From Guillardia theta CCMP2712 (Eukaryota; Protista; Cryptophyta): a stretch of DNA of 64,000 nt. Of this stretch, positions 36,191-57,125 are shown in pieces. The position numbers were made by a program, and so were the translations under genes. Location: contig NW_005434646.1 in the NCBI RefSeq assembly GCF_000315625.1, positions 62,001 to 126,000 on the forward strand, in the 5' to 3' direction. How positions within the stretch are numbered: position 1 is the stretch's first letter; the number at the start of each line of letters is the position of its first letter. Below the pieces are notes generated by a model. That model was not told the DNA's origin. It did no database searches and worked only from the letters and a program-made list of their open reading frames with translations.

Positions 36191-39100
36191 CTACTCGGAA
36201 CCTTCTTCTTCTCGTGCCTCATTCGAAGATCCTGTGTACATCTTCGTCACAACTACCGCCAAGCATGTGAGAAGTTCCCTACCTGCTGCCGCGAGTCCTT
36301 CCCTCCCAGTCTCTCTCTCTCGCTCCCCTCGTTCGCTGTCTTTCCTACCCGCAGCTTCCTCTCCTTCGACCCTCTGCATCAGCCAGTCAGCTTGTATCCT
36401 CACTCTTCGTCTCCCCTCACCCCTTCGCGTCTTGACGCATCGGTTCTGATCCTGCTCCGATAGGAGGAAACTTGAACGCGCCCCCCACCTGCCCCCTCCC
36501 CACCATGCGCTCCTCCTGCAGTGGCTTGCCGCTCGGAGGTCTAGCGTTCATCTGAGAGGACGAGTCAGTCAGGCGTCACAGGATCGAGCATGGGGAACTA
36601 CCATGTCGCTATAACCTCCGTTGATCATCTCCACCTCCCCCGCGTTGTCGAATCCCCTCCCCATTGGCTCCCCCCCATACTGACCGTACGCCGGATACCC
36701 AGCCTTGGCAACTCCGTAGCCGTACTCCATGCCATCCCCTAGCGGCCCTCCCGCATACGGGGGCATGAACATAGGCCATGCTCCTCCTCCGTTGGGCGCC
36801 AGCCTCCCGTTCATCCCGTTCATGATGGCGTTGGAGGAAGGAGCTCCGAAGTCTGGTTGCTGCATATTGAACCCCCCGCCGAACTCGTTCCGCATCATCG
36901 CGCCCATGTACTCCATGTTGTCACTGTAGCGGTTAACTTCCCTGTTCCCCTCCAACATCTTGTTCATCCCGTTCTTGTAGACCTCCGGCATGCCGTACGC
37001 CATGCTCGGGTTATAGCTGGGAGGGTACGCACCTCCCAGCACGTTCGAGTCTCGAGAGTCTCGAGGAAGCATCTGGGCGAGGAGCTCGTCCTCCAGCCTT
37101 CGCTCCTGGTAGTACTCGTTCTGTGCTCCTGCTCCAGGTGTCATGCAGAGAGGATCGAGATATCTGGCTCACCGTCCTTCTCCTGCCTCAACTTGACCTC
37201 CAGCTGCTCAAGTGTCTCGAGATTCAAGTCATCCCTCCTGCTCGTGGCTGTCAGGAAGAGGAAGAGGAAGAGGAAGAGGAAGAGGAAGAGGAAGAGGAAG
37301 AGGAAGAGGAAGAGGAAGAGGAAGAGGACAGAGCTACCTCAAGGTGGATAGAGTGTTCTTGATGTCTGAAAGATCATTCATTCTCGACGATTCCTCCGCT
37401 ATGAAGCTGTCCATCCTCTTGATCAGCCCCTCCAGCATCGACCCCATCTCCTCCTGCTCCTTCCGCTTGCTCCGCATGTCGGACAGCGCGTTCTGCAGAC
37501 TGTTCAGTCGACGAGCCACAACTTGGACCCGAACTACCTGCAAGTTCGAGGAAATATTGATCTTTCGTCTTCCAACACTCTCCATGTAGGACCTGACAGA
37601 CAGTGAGGAGGGAGAGAGTCGAGGGAAACGAACCACATGTAGGAACAGGAAACAACAGCTACAAGTACCTGTTTCGCATCAGGAGCTGATACTGTTGCTG
37701 CACCCTTCTCTCCATCTCGGCTTGGACGCGTGTGAATTGTACTGCAGCGAAGATTAACTCAGAGAAGAACAGCCTATTTCATCTCACAATCTTTCTCGCT
37801 GATTTCTCGCTCAGCCTTGTCCACTCGATCTCGGAGTTCAGTGACAATGTTCTCCTATACAGCAGCCATCATTGATCACTAGCTTTTGTATCCCTTTCGT
37901 ACCTGGTCTTGAATTTCTCCCAATTGCAGTTTGAGCGATTGTATCACGCTCTCTAGTTGTGTGATTTGAGATTGTGCTGCTGATTCAGCCTGCAGACACA
38001 AGAAAGTATCATCATGTTTGATACTCTACTAAAGTTTGCTGGAGCATGATGCTATTGGCATGAATCGAAATGACATGAAACGGTACGAATGACAAAGTTA
38101 TGAATTGAAATGAGTGACGACAAGAAGTGGGCAGATCAAACACGATCTCTCACCTGCACTTTCACTGTCGCTTTGTATCTCAACTCTTCCTCTGCCGATT
38201 CCTTTGCTGTAGAAATCTTAACCTCCTCCGTCCTCGTCCCCTCCACCTGCTGACCTGCCTCAGCCTTCTGCCGTGCTTGTCCTTCAGCATCTGCTTTCAG
38301 TCGCAGCTCCCTCACCTGCAGCGCATGTCACCAGCAAGATTTGATACCAGCAAGCCTCCCCACCAATCGCTCAAGTTCAGCTCTGTCGTCCTCAACGATG
38401 CGACAACGAGACTTGTATTCTTCCAGCTGAGTTCTCAAGGCTCGCTCCTCGTCATTCGGAGTAGCTGATTTCTTCGATGGGACGCGGCTTCCTGCAGCAT
38501 GACGTCACCCTACTTCAATCTTCTCCTCCTCTGCCCACCTGCTCCACTGTCCATCCTCGAAGAGCTTGCCCCTCGCAACATCTCAGATCCGTCCGTCATG
38601 GTTTTCTCACTCGCGGCTCGGCTGCGGGGGAAGGAATCAGAGTCGAGGTAGCGGCAGAACTCCTCACCTCCTCGCTGGCACGTCTCTCCTTCCCTTGGAT
38701 GAAACAGATGCTTCTTTCATCCCTCCTGCTCCACTTCCTGCCCCTTCTTCCCCTGGAGACAGTCGAGAAGCCGCATGCGGGGTATCTGCTGCTTTCCCCT
38801 CCTCTTCCTCCTGTGCTACAACCCACTCTTGCTCCTTCGGGCTCTCCGTTGCTGCCTGCCTGTCCCCCTCCTGGTCGAGAGGCTGCTCACTCTCTCGGAC
38901 CCCCAGCTCTTCTGCCGCATCCTCTTGCTCCTCTGGAGCACCCACTTGGTCCGTCTGATCTCCTGGGGCTTGTTCAGCCTCAGCGTTAGCTGGCGCAGGT
39001 GCATCGGCATCAGCTTCAGATAGAGGAGGAGGAATTTCCTCTGCTGCTGCATCTGCATTCTGCTGCTCAGTGTCGTCTGCTGCCCCTTCTTGTTTCTCTT

Positions 39101-39420
39101 CCCCTGCCTTCTCCTCGTCCGCCTTCTCCCCTGCCTTCTCCTCTTCCCCTTTCTCCTCTGCATTGCGATCAGGACAAGCTGAAGCTCAAGGTTTCTCTAC
39201 TGACCTGTCTCTGGAGGAAGAGAAGGAGGTTCTGCGTCCTTGTTAGCATCATCCGACTCTGCGGAAACCTGCAGCAACTCTTCAACGCTGATTATCATCG
39301 GAGGACTGCAACACATACCTGTGTATCTTCTGGCGCTGAGATGGAGCCCTCCTCCGTGGCGCTAGTTTGCTCGCCTCCAGCCTGAGGCTCGGGCTGCTCT
39401 ACTGCCTCTGCGTCCGCCAT
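36191..39420 (-). CDS. Multi-exon hypothetical protein: Glu/Ala-rich N-terminus, coiled-coil middle, Gly/Met/Tyr-rich low-complexity C-terminus
   Basis: ATG 39420 (MADAEAVEQPEP...); heptad-like exons (QITQLESVIQSLKLQL, RRLNSLQNALSDMRSKRKEQ); ORF 36569-37144. The 3' end is approximate. Confidence 0.6.
37254..37327. repeat. (GAAGAG)n intronic hexanucleotide repeat
   Basis: Direct read. Confidence 0.95.
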
Positions 39421-40054
39421 TTCGAGGAAGCAGATGCGCGTCGGTCAACACTTTTACTCTTCTTACCCAGTGGCCGGATCCCGAGAGGAGGAGGACTTGA
39501 AGGTGCTCTGACTGTATCTCTGTCTGTCTCTGCCAGCTGCTCACTTACTTCTTCTCTGTCTCTCTCATCTTCTCTCTTCCTCTTCCTTCCATTGGCCTCC
39601 CGCCAGCCTTCGCCCTGCCACCCTCGCCGCAACCATGCACGCCTGAGCAATTCGTTGTCCGTTGATGGAGATTGGGAGCTGCATGAAATTGGAGGTAGGG
39701 GTGGTGGCATTACCCCTATAATTACATTAAAAGATACCCCCTCCGATGACCGATGGAAAATGACCACCCCTCCTGCTTTTTCCGAGATGTTCTGGGAAAC
39801 AAGCCTGAATGGCGTATGCGGGACAGGAATCGAAGGAAGATATAGAGGAGGCTGAAGCGGCAGCGGCAGTGGCAGCAGCAGCGGCAGCAGCAACAGGACA
39901 ATGATGATCAGGAGGACCTGGAGGTACAGAAATGTACCAGCGATGATAGAGACGATCGCTCTAAGTGGCAGCGACATGGCGGATCTTCGAAACTTCATGT
40001 AGGCGTCACCAGCGAGGAGGAAATCTTCCTCCACCATAAGACTCTGCAGATCAT

Positions 40055-46812
<6,758 letters not shown>

Positions 46813-47011
46813 CGGCGTCCCATATCTCCTCCTCTCCTGTCCTCCTGCTTCCTCCCTCCTCCTCCCGCTCTCTTCTACTCTCCCATCCCCCTCCAGCTTC
46901 CCTCTCTCCTCCCTGGTTTCCTCCTTTCCCCTATTCCCTTCCTCCCTTTCCCCTTCTTCCCCGTCTTCTCTCCTCATCCCCGCTCTCCTTTCCTGTCCTC
47001 CTCTCTTCCCT

Positions 47012-49262
<2,251 letters not shown>

Positions 49263-49798
49263 GGTGGTGGCAGCGGAGTGAAACAATCAATGGAGGAGGG
49301 TGGACGAGGGGAGGGGGGATGACAGGGAGTGGCTAGGGGAGAGGATGAGGAGGGGAAGGATGGGAGGATGGAAGCAGTGAAGGAGGAGCAAGTCTTCGTG
49401 GGCCGGAGGAGCGGGGGGGGGAGGGGGGAGGGGATTTGTCAGGGGATTTATCTGGGGTTGATAGGGGGAGTGGGTTGCAATTTGATTCATCAGTGCCAGA
49501 CGCCGGGGCTGCAGGAGAGGAGAGGAGAGGGGAGAGGGGGAGAGGGGAGAGGGGGAGAGGGGAGAGGGGAGGAGAGGAGGGGAGGGGAGGGGTAGTTGAT
49601 GATAGCAGGGAGATTATGTCAAGGGAAGAGCAAGGAGGGAGAGATGGAGGAGGAGGAGATGAGGTGTGGGAGATTGGTGGGAGGAAGAAGGAAGGAGTGA
49701 ATAGAAAGAGCGAAAGAGAAATAGACACATTGTCGCCATGGTAAGATGTTTTTACATAAAAAGATTCATCACACAGAGAGCAAGCACCGCTCGTCTCC

Positions 49799-51016
49799 TC
49801 ACTTGCTCTTGTCCCGCACCTAGAGTCATCACGTCATCCGCGCACGCACACCCTCCTCCCCCCCCTCACCTCAGTGGACAGAGAGGCGGTAAGAACTCCC
49901 TTCCCTGCATCCTCCCAGTCAGTACACAGCAGCTGCCTCCTACTCCTCCCTCTCACCATGCTGAGTCTTGATGATGGAGCAGCGCATCCTGAGATCAGGA
50001 GTGGCGAACCAGATCCGCTCCTCGGCTGCAGCGCTGCATGAAGACTGACTTCAGCTGCTCCTCTCTCCCGGCCAAGTCGCTCACCGGTCGTAGAAGGTGT
50101 GGAGGACGAAGGTGCCATCCTCCTGAAGAAGAGATCGCTCTCAACACAACAATGCAAGCGCTTGCAAGAGATTGGCAGGAACAGGCCAGAACGATGGAGA
50201 CTGGAGACACGGCAGAAACGAAGACAAGATGCATGTTCAGATACAAGGAGCAAGATACAAGTTGAGATCCAAGGAGAAAGATACGATGAAGGCAACATTA
50301 GATGAAGAAACACAACAGTGAGATATATCACAAGAAAGCCAGAAACATCTCGACACCTGACACTCCTCCTCCCTACCTGCATAGTCCATTCGCCAACAGC
50401 AGGGATAGTTTCCGTGTATCCAACCGAGCGAAGAAGCTTTCCCTTCCTCTCCTCGTCCTTGTACAGAACCAGCACCTGAAACAACTATCACAACAAGTTC
50501 AAATCAACATCTGAACTGTCGTACAGTGCTGCCTTTGATGACCTCGTTCTCATCCCAGTCAGAAGATCCTTCCCACGACATTCTGATTGAGCTGCAAGCT
50601 TTCTCAGGCTCGAAGTTGTACGTCTTGCAGATGTCAAGAAACTCGCTGTCATCCGCAGCCACTTGTGTGATATCGATGTCAGAATTGACCTCCTCGAGCT
50701 GAGCAAACGCGATGTTGTGGCTGCTCCTCAAGGACCTCCAGCTGCCAACCGATCGCTCAAAGAACTCTTCGACGCTCATCCCTGCCGCTGTCCATGCCTT
50801 TGCCTCCTCCACAGGTGACTCCATGCGGAGGGCGAGGTTTCGGCTTGAGCTCCATGACTTGCGAGCTCCGGCGGTCGAGCAAGAGGAGGAGAGGCGCGAA
50901 GGAGCAAAGAGCGCTGAGCCTGAGAGGGAGGATGGGAGGAAGGCGTGGGAGGACGGGAGGACGTCGAGGAGGAGGAGGAGGACGGAGGGGGATAGGATCA
51001 GTACGCTATGCCTCAT
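49799..51016 (-). CDS. cpeS: Plastid-targeted CpeS/CpcS-type (S/U family) phycobiliprotein lyase, 6 exons
   Basis: EFFERSVGSWRSLRSSH, MSWEG, KLLRSVGYTE, EERIWFATPDLRMR, TASLSTEVR. Signal peptide + F + Ser-rich transit peptide (SHA-FLPSS). Introns 50476-50524, 50123-50376, 50034-50084, 49905-49956, 49820-49869. Confidence 0.93.
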
Positions 51017-51256
51017 CTTTCGCCTTTCGGTGACGTGACGGCCTCCCTACCGGAGGAAAGGGGGGTGGGGGTAGTAAATTTTTATCAAGGAGGGGTACCT
51101 TGTACTATCAACACATGGAATCAGATAGGGTGGGGTACATCGTAGGGTACTAGCACCCCACGTTGGTCCAAGGTTTGTCGGAGCGACGAGGGAAAATGGG
51201 AGGGAGGCAGAGAGAGTGAAGGAGGGAGAGAAGGAGAGGGAGGAGGCGCATGGAGA

Positions 51257-53759
51257 TCATTCGAATGTTTCATACAGCAACATGTATGGCTCGCAGGAGA
51301 GCACGCGCTCAACAGGTACCTGAGACCAACAGAAACACTCAGCAGACGAGATGAGATATGGGAAGTGAACAACTCACCCGAGTGACATGTTCATCGTTCA
51401 TAAGGAACCAAACAGAGTCCTCCTTTCCTCCTCCACCTCCCGATCGCCTGCACGTATACGAATGTCGGGTGACTACACTGCATGCTGAACCCTCTGGGTA
51501 CCTGACGTAGCAAACATAATGTCCACCGTAAGCATCTCCAAGGTGCTCAACGACTGCTATCAGCTGGTATGTTCTGGCCCGTGAGCTTCCTCCCTCCACA
51601 AAAGTCTCCATGAAGTCGGACAAGTCGATGGAAGTCCTGAATCGAACCTGCTGCGCACTCAGAGTCCTCTCCTGTGCACTCTCTTCCGCATGCCTTCGTG
51701 CGATCCTTTCGGAAGCCATGGAGGGTCGGGAGGACTCGACGGAGATGACAGCACAGCACCCGAGGAGTCCTGATAAACTTCATCTGCTTGAAGATTCTCG
51801 CCGTGTTGACCTCTCCTACTGCTCTAGAGCACCTTCAAGAGGTTCAGTCGTAGTGCTCGACCCACCAGCTTTCTCCCACCTGCTTCGAATCCCATCGCCC
51901 ATAGTGAAGTTGACACAGCCCGGAGCAGGGGCGGCTGCAGTCAGAATTTCCACCTCAGCATCTATCGATCTGTTCCACTCTCCTCAGTCGGTGTATTCTC
52001 CTCCCCTCATCCTCTCCACCTCAGTAGAGCTTCTCGCCTATCCGCAGGAAGGGTGCTGATAATGTTTGCTAGATCCGATTTCCTGGAGTAGCAAACAAGT
52101 TGAGGAACATAGAATCAGGAAAAATTGTCAAGACTTGACATAAAAAGATTTCACATAAACTACACAAATCCTTCACTTGGGGAAAGAGATCAGGTTTTAC
52201 CTCCTCTTCACGATTCTCAAAGCCTCTGTGTGAAGACATCTGAGCAATCGCTTCGATCAATTTGACTATGAGAATGCAGAAACAACCTGTCGCATCTTGC
52301 TCCTTCTACAAACTCTCTCTCTGCCCACTTCATCAGGCAGGACTCAATGGTGACCGGAGATTCCAACAGAGAGGTTTGCGGGATCGTCAGCGAGACATCG
52401 TAGAAGGTGTCGATCTTGTACTCCTTGACCAGGACATGAGGATCTGACATGAGATATTCTCAACACTCACCTTCCTCAGGTTGCATGCCTCGCACTGAAT
52501 ACACGAACACATCAGGCCCATGAAGGGGTTGGTGTGAAACTCATCCTTGAAATCATCGAACAGCATAAGATCCGAGCTCCTCTCCCCGTACTTGGAGTGT
52601 CCCTTTAACCAGACCCCGCTCCCACGGAATCTCACGCTAGAGGGCTGAGCGCCATGGCAGTCCCTCAGGACATGTTCTTCTCCTCCCGATGACGTCGATT
52701 TCACCGATCTCCCTCCAGAGCCCTCTGAATTGACACGCTCGAGCAGGAGCCAGAGGAAAGGAAGCGCAGCTGGTCGGAAGACAGGATCGGAGCAGGAGGG
52801 GGGGATGCTGAGCGATCGGTGAGAAGCTGTTGAGTTGACCTGCAGGGATCAGAGTGATGATTGAGCGTGCTGGGACCATGAGAGACCTGGTGCTCGAGGT
52901 CGAACAAGGCCGCTAGCCCGTTGGACGCCTGCTCATAGGAAGCCTTGGTTTGAGCCCCTCCTGAGACGCGGTGAGCAGGGCAACCGGAGTCCTCGGCAGA
53001 CACGAGAGCACAGATTTACCGAAGAGCTGCGCCCTGTACCTCTTGTCCTTGGTGAAGAGTGCGGCTACAAGGATCAGAAACGCCTCCTCTGCATCCTGCT
53101 GTCTGAATTGAACACGTCAGGAGTCCTCTCTCTTCCACTTCCTCCCTCTTCTTCCTCCTCCCAGCATCTCTCCCACTCACTGGATTCCTAAGGAGCGATG
53201 GATGCTCCGCACTTGCGTGACGAGGGCCCGGGGGTTGATGGGCAGGCCTTCCCCTCCCTGACAGAGCTTGAGGAGGAGATCTGCTGCTGTGCGAGCGAAA
53301 GAGCCATGAGGGATGGAGGAGAGCTCGAAGAACGTGGAGGAGGAGGAGGACGGCGAGGCAGCGATCGCCTGCATGGCCGCCGCCAGGAAGCATGTGTTGC
53401 CCAGGTTGGTCAACCCCGGCATTTCCCCCGCTACCCAGTCCGCCTCAGTTTCGACCTCAGCGCTGGCAATGTAGGCTGAGGGTTGTGGAAGAGGAGACGG
53501 AGGAGAGGAGAGGAGAGGAGAGGAGAGGAGAGGAGAGGAGAGGAGAGGAGAGGAGAGGAGAGGAGAGGAGAGGAGAGGAGAGGAGAGGAGAGGAGAGGAG
53601 AGGAGAGCATTCAATTGTGAGGATACAATGACATGATAGGAAGCTTTCTCAAATATTGCCTGACAATGATGCAGATGCCGCTTGGATTCGGGGATGGCGG
53701 GCTGGAGGGCATGTGGAAGCGAGCAGCCGCAGGAGCGAAGGTGCAAGAGACAGAACCAT
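51257..53759 (-). CDS. USP/C19 ubiquitin-specific protease (USP30/UBP27-like)
   Basis: Cys box GLTNLGNTCF, QQDAEE, CxxC zinc motifs, His box YQLIAVVEHLG..GGHYVCY, WFLMND, YMLLYE. The first exon (53759-53660) needs a GC-AG intron and is tentative. Confidence 0.82.
53500..53607. repeat. (AGAGG)n microsatellite in the first USP intron
   Basis: Direct read. Confidence 0.95.
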
Positions 53760-53833
53760 GAAGGCGAGCGGATGACGTGTAGCAGGTGCTGGCAAGAGAT
53801 GCCATGAAGGGAGGAACGCAGGTAGTTCACAAG

Positions 53834-55110
53834 ATGTCGGAGGTACGAAAATGAACCGTCCGCTCTCCCTCCTGATTCTCTTCCTTCAGGTTGACGTCAA
53901 GGGAGCAGCGAAGCGATTGACACAGAAAGTGATGGAGAGAGCAGAGGGAAGCGGGTTCACTCTAGTCGAGGAGCTCCCAGAGATCGAAAACGCCATGGCA
54001 AACCTGAAGCAGACTGAAGCTGCTTACAAGGAGCTACTGGCTGTTCTCAGAGAGGCTTTCTCCGCTCAAGTGCATGTCGTTTCGAAACAAGTGAGAGGCC
54101 TGTTGCTCTCTCCTCCTCCTCAAAGGAACTGTTGATCTCTCCTTCTCTCACTTCCCCTTCGCAGCTGAGAGTTGCAAACAAAGTCGAGGTGATCGGGTCT
54201 GACCTTGAGGCAATGGAGGTATTTGAGCTATTTGACATCGAGATTGTCTGCTCGCTTCTAAGACAACTGGCAGGTTGGTCGTGTGCTCTGCAGCTACAGT
54301 AGGAACCTTGTCACTTGCTCTGAGCGTGCAAGAGATTTGCAGTATATCAAGGTTTTGACATCCTGCCACGTTATTCCTCATATGATGACTTATGATTCAG
54401 GAGGCAGCAGACGTCTTGGAACGAGCGCAGGACGATTACGATTACAAGAGCTATGATTCGCCTGTATGACCGTGATCGTTGTGTTGAGAACTCGTCTGTA
54501 CGATGTCTGCCAATGCTATGAGACTTTCGACTGTTCGACAGTATGAGGCTGTGAAGTGACTTCATACTTTCAGGCCTCAAAACTTGTACTGGCTCTGGAC
54601 ACTTTCATCAAGGAGGAGCTTGCAGAGGTAGCTCGTGCGAGCCAGGGCGTCTCTCAAATTCCGTTCAGGCCATGGCAGCCCGTACGAGGTACAAGGACAA
54701 CAGACGAGAGGTAAGGATTTCTTCTCACAAGGATTCGAAGCTGAGCCATTGACAGGTCAGTCTGAATATCAAGAAAGTCCAAGACCTAGAGGCCAAGGGG
54801 CACGCGGACAAGGCTGCTTCCGTCAAGACGACGGTGAGCGAGAAGGTGGGGAGGATGAGAACAAGGCTAATTGGGACGGCAGATCGAGCAAGGCAAAGAG
54901 CAGCTGCAACAGCATCGGGATGAGCTGATGCGGCTGTTCATGAACGTTGAGCAGAAGAAGCCGCTGCTGCAGTCGGCTGTGCAGACGTTCCTGCAGGTAC
55001 ATGCGGAACTCTAGTCCTCCTCATTCTCAACTGCACTGCAGGCACAGATGCAGTTCCATGAGGACTGCTTGAAGTCAACAGAAGAGGCTCTGGTTCAGTG
55101 CAAGGGGTAA
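53834..55110 (+). CDS. BAR-domain-like helical coiled-coil protein (multi-exon)
   Basis: MSE|VDVKGAAKRLTQKVMER (endophilin-like amphipathic start), all-helical exons, C-terminal FLQAQMQFHEDCLK typical of a BAR helix 3. Confidence 0.65.
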
Positions 55111-55262
55111 GAGGAGAAGTTGAGACAGAGACTAGTTGTTGCTGCTAGCGAACATCAAAGAACCTTGCAACGACGAGCATCTCAACCGAGACAAGAATCA
55201 TCCCTAACAGTGTAGCTGGCGGCGATCTTCTTTCGTTTGCTGTTCACAAGGTCAGGCATCAT

Positions 55263-57125
55263 TCAGCATTGGCACTCTTCTCTCTCACCTCCTCCCTGGG
55301 GCCCAGTGATGAGGATCGAGTTGTTGAGAACGATGGTGGTGCTCGAACAGCTGCCTCCGCAGTTGACGAGGCGGATCCGATGGTTCTGATAGTCTGCTAT
55401 GAAGAGAAGGTCCCCCTTCCCGGTCATGGCCATCCCCGACATCTGGTTGAACTGTGCGCTCTCTGCTGCCCCATCCTTGTAGCCGGTACCTTGCGACTCA
55501 CACGCCCCGCTCCCGGTACACACGCTCGTGTCGAAGCACAACCGGTTGGTGTTGGGAGCTGTGCACGAGCATGGCGCCGAGTCTGGTTGCACGAATTTGG
55601 GGCTGGAGCCATCGGCACAGTAAGGAGCCTTGGCAGCGTCTGGCTGACTTGCGTTGCACAAGCAAGGGCTGGAGGTATAGCAGATGCCGTTGACGATGTA
55701 CTTGCCGCCTTTGCACGCCAGCACTCCTGTGATGCTGGCGATATTGGGAAACGGCGTCGGTCCCACCCTCCGCACGCGATCCCACTGGGAGTCAGCCACG
55801 TAGACCCAGTCGTTGGAGGAAGGGATCGCGATGCCCACTGGAATGCCGAGCTTGGCCGAGTATATCGTGTTGTCCGTGCTGTTCACTCCATCTGTCGCTC
55901 CGGCCACTGACGGCAGCCCTCCGTACAAGTCCACGTCCCCGTTGTCCACCCTCGCGCGGCGGATCACGTTGTTCTGCCCGTCGGCTATGTAGATCCACAC
56001 GCCATCGGGTGACACCCTCACGTACTGGGGGCTGTTGTATGCCGCTGTCTTGCCCAGTCCGTTGGCGTAGCCTGCGATCCCCAGGCACCTTCCTTCATTC
56101 GTGCAGTCAGCATCGGTCTGGCAGAGGGCGCCCGTGTTGGGCGCCAAGCAGGTGCAGGTCACCCCAGTGCCTGAGCAGCTCGGGGTGGGGGAGCCTCGAG
56201 GGCAGATGGTCGTGTTGTACTGCACCGTCTGACAGTTGCTGGATGAAGACACAACGAGGGAACAGGAGCACACCTGTCCTGTCTGCGTGCATGCGCCTTT
56301 GGGTTGGTAGAAACCTAAACTGCAGACACTCTTCGCCACTGTGGGACCAGACTTGGTGGTCACGGAGTAGCTGGGCAGGCTGATCCATCGGATCCTGTTG
56401 TTGTTCGTATCAGCTACCGCCAGCCCCGTTCCTTGGGGATGAAACGAGACAGAGGCTGGCAACCAGAACTTTGACAGGGTCCCAACGCCATCCTGGTAAC
56501 CTTGAGTGAAACCTGCTATGGTCTCCACGTTGCCAGTCGCCAAGGTGACCTTTCTTATCCTGTTGTTCGCGCTGTCCGCCACAGCCACCCACGTCCCGTC
56601 AGGCGAGATATCCACACCCAAAGGTTTCTGAAACTGAGCCGTCGTGGCGCTCCCATCTGCCAGTCCTGGCTGACCGTTCCCAGCAATGGTAGTCACGGTG
56701 ACATCGTTGGAGGACCAGCCTTGTGCCCCCTTGTTGATGCGCCGGATGACATGGTTGCGAGAGTCAGCGACGACGAGGAATGATTCATCGGGGGACAGGG
56801 CTACGTCCGAGGGGAAGTTGAAGCTAGCAGACGCTCCGTTGCCGTTCTGATTCGAAAGATCTCCGTTCCCTGCGACAGTCGACACAGAAGCCTTCTGCTG
56901 CTGCGAGTCCCAGTACCTGAAGAGAATGAGCATGCTGTTTGCAGTCGAAGGATAGTTCTGTGCTGTCGCAACACTGCAAGCGAGCATTACGAGAAGAAGG
57001 TGAACTAAAAGCGATCGCGTGAGCCTCGGACATCTGCCTGTGACAGTTCGGCATGCAGAGCCCTTTCTGCAAGCGAACCAAGGATTGCCCTCTCCTGATG
57101 CAAATTCGTTTTTCACAGTGAACAT
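55263..57125 (-). CDS. Secreted NHL-repeat beta-propeller protein with Cys-rich insertions
   Basis: Repeated T(I/V)AG.G..DG..A.F..P..VA..PDG..VADS.NN.IR; hydrophobic leader LLVHLLLVMLACSVATA-Q. Confidence 0.87.
   Translation of the reverse strand: MFTVKNEFASGEGNPWFACRKGSACRTVTGRCPRLTRSLLVHLLLVMLACSVATAQNYPSTANSMLILFRYWDSQQQKASVSTVAGNGDLSNQNGNGASASFNFPSDVALSPDESFLVVADSRNHVIRRINKGAQGWSSNDVTVTTIAGNGQPGLADGSATTAQFQKPLGVDISPDGTWVAVADSANNRIRKVTLATGNVETIAGFTQGYQDGVGTLSKFWLPASVSFHPQGTGLAVADTNNNRIRWISLPSYSVTTKSGPTVAKSVCSLGFYQPKGACTQTGQVCSCSLVVSSSSNCQTVQYNTTICPRGSPTPSCSGTGVTCTCLAPNTGALCQTDADCTNEGRCLGIAGYANGLGKTAAYNSPQYVRVSPDGVWIYIADGQNNVIRRARVDNGDVDLYGGLPSVAGATDGVNSTDNTIYSAKLGIPVGIAIPSSNDWVYVADSQWDRVRRVGPTPFPNIASITGVLACKGGKYIVNGICYTSSPCLCNASQPDAAKAPYCADGSSPKFVQPDSAPCSCTAPNTNRLCFDTSVCTGSGACESQGTGYKDGAAESAQFNQMSGMAMTGKGDLLFIADYQNHRIRLVNCGGSCSSTTIVLNNSILITGPQGGGEREECQC

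Noticed and set aside
39399-40037. 212-aa minus-strand ORF
   Set aside because: No recognisable motif, low complexity, and it spans the likely divergent promoter region.
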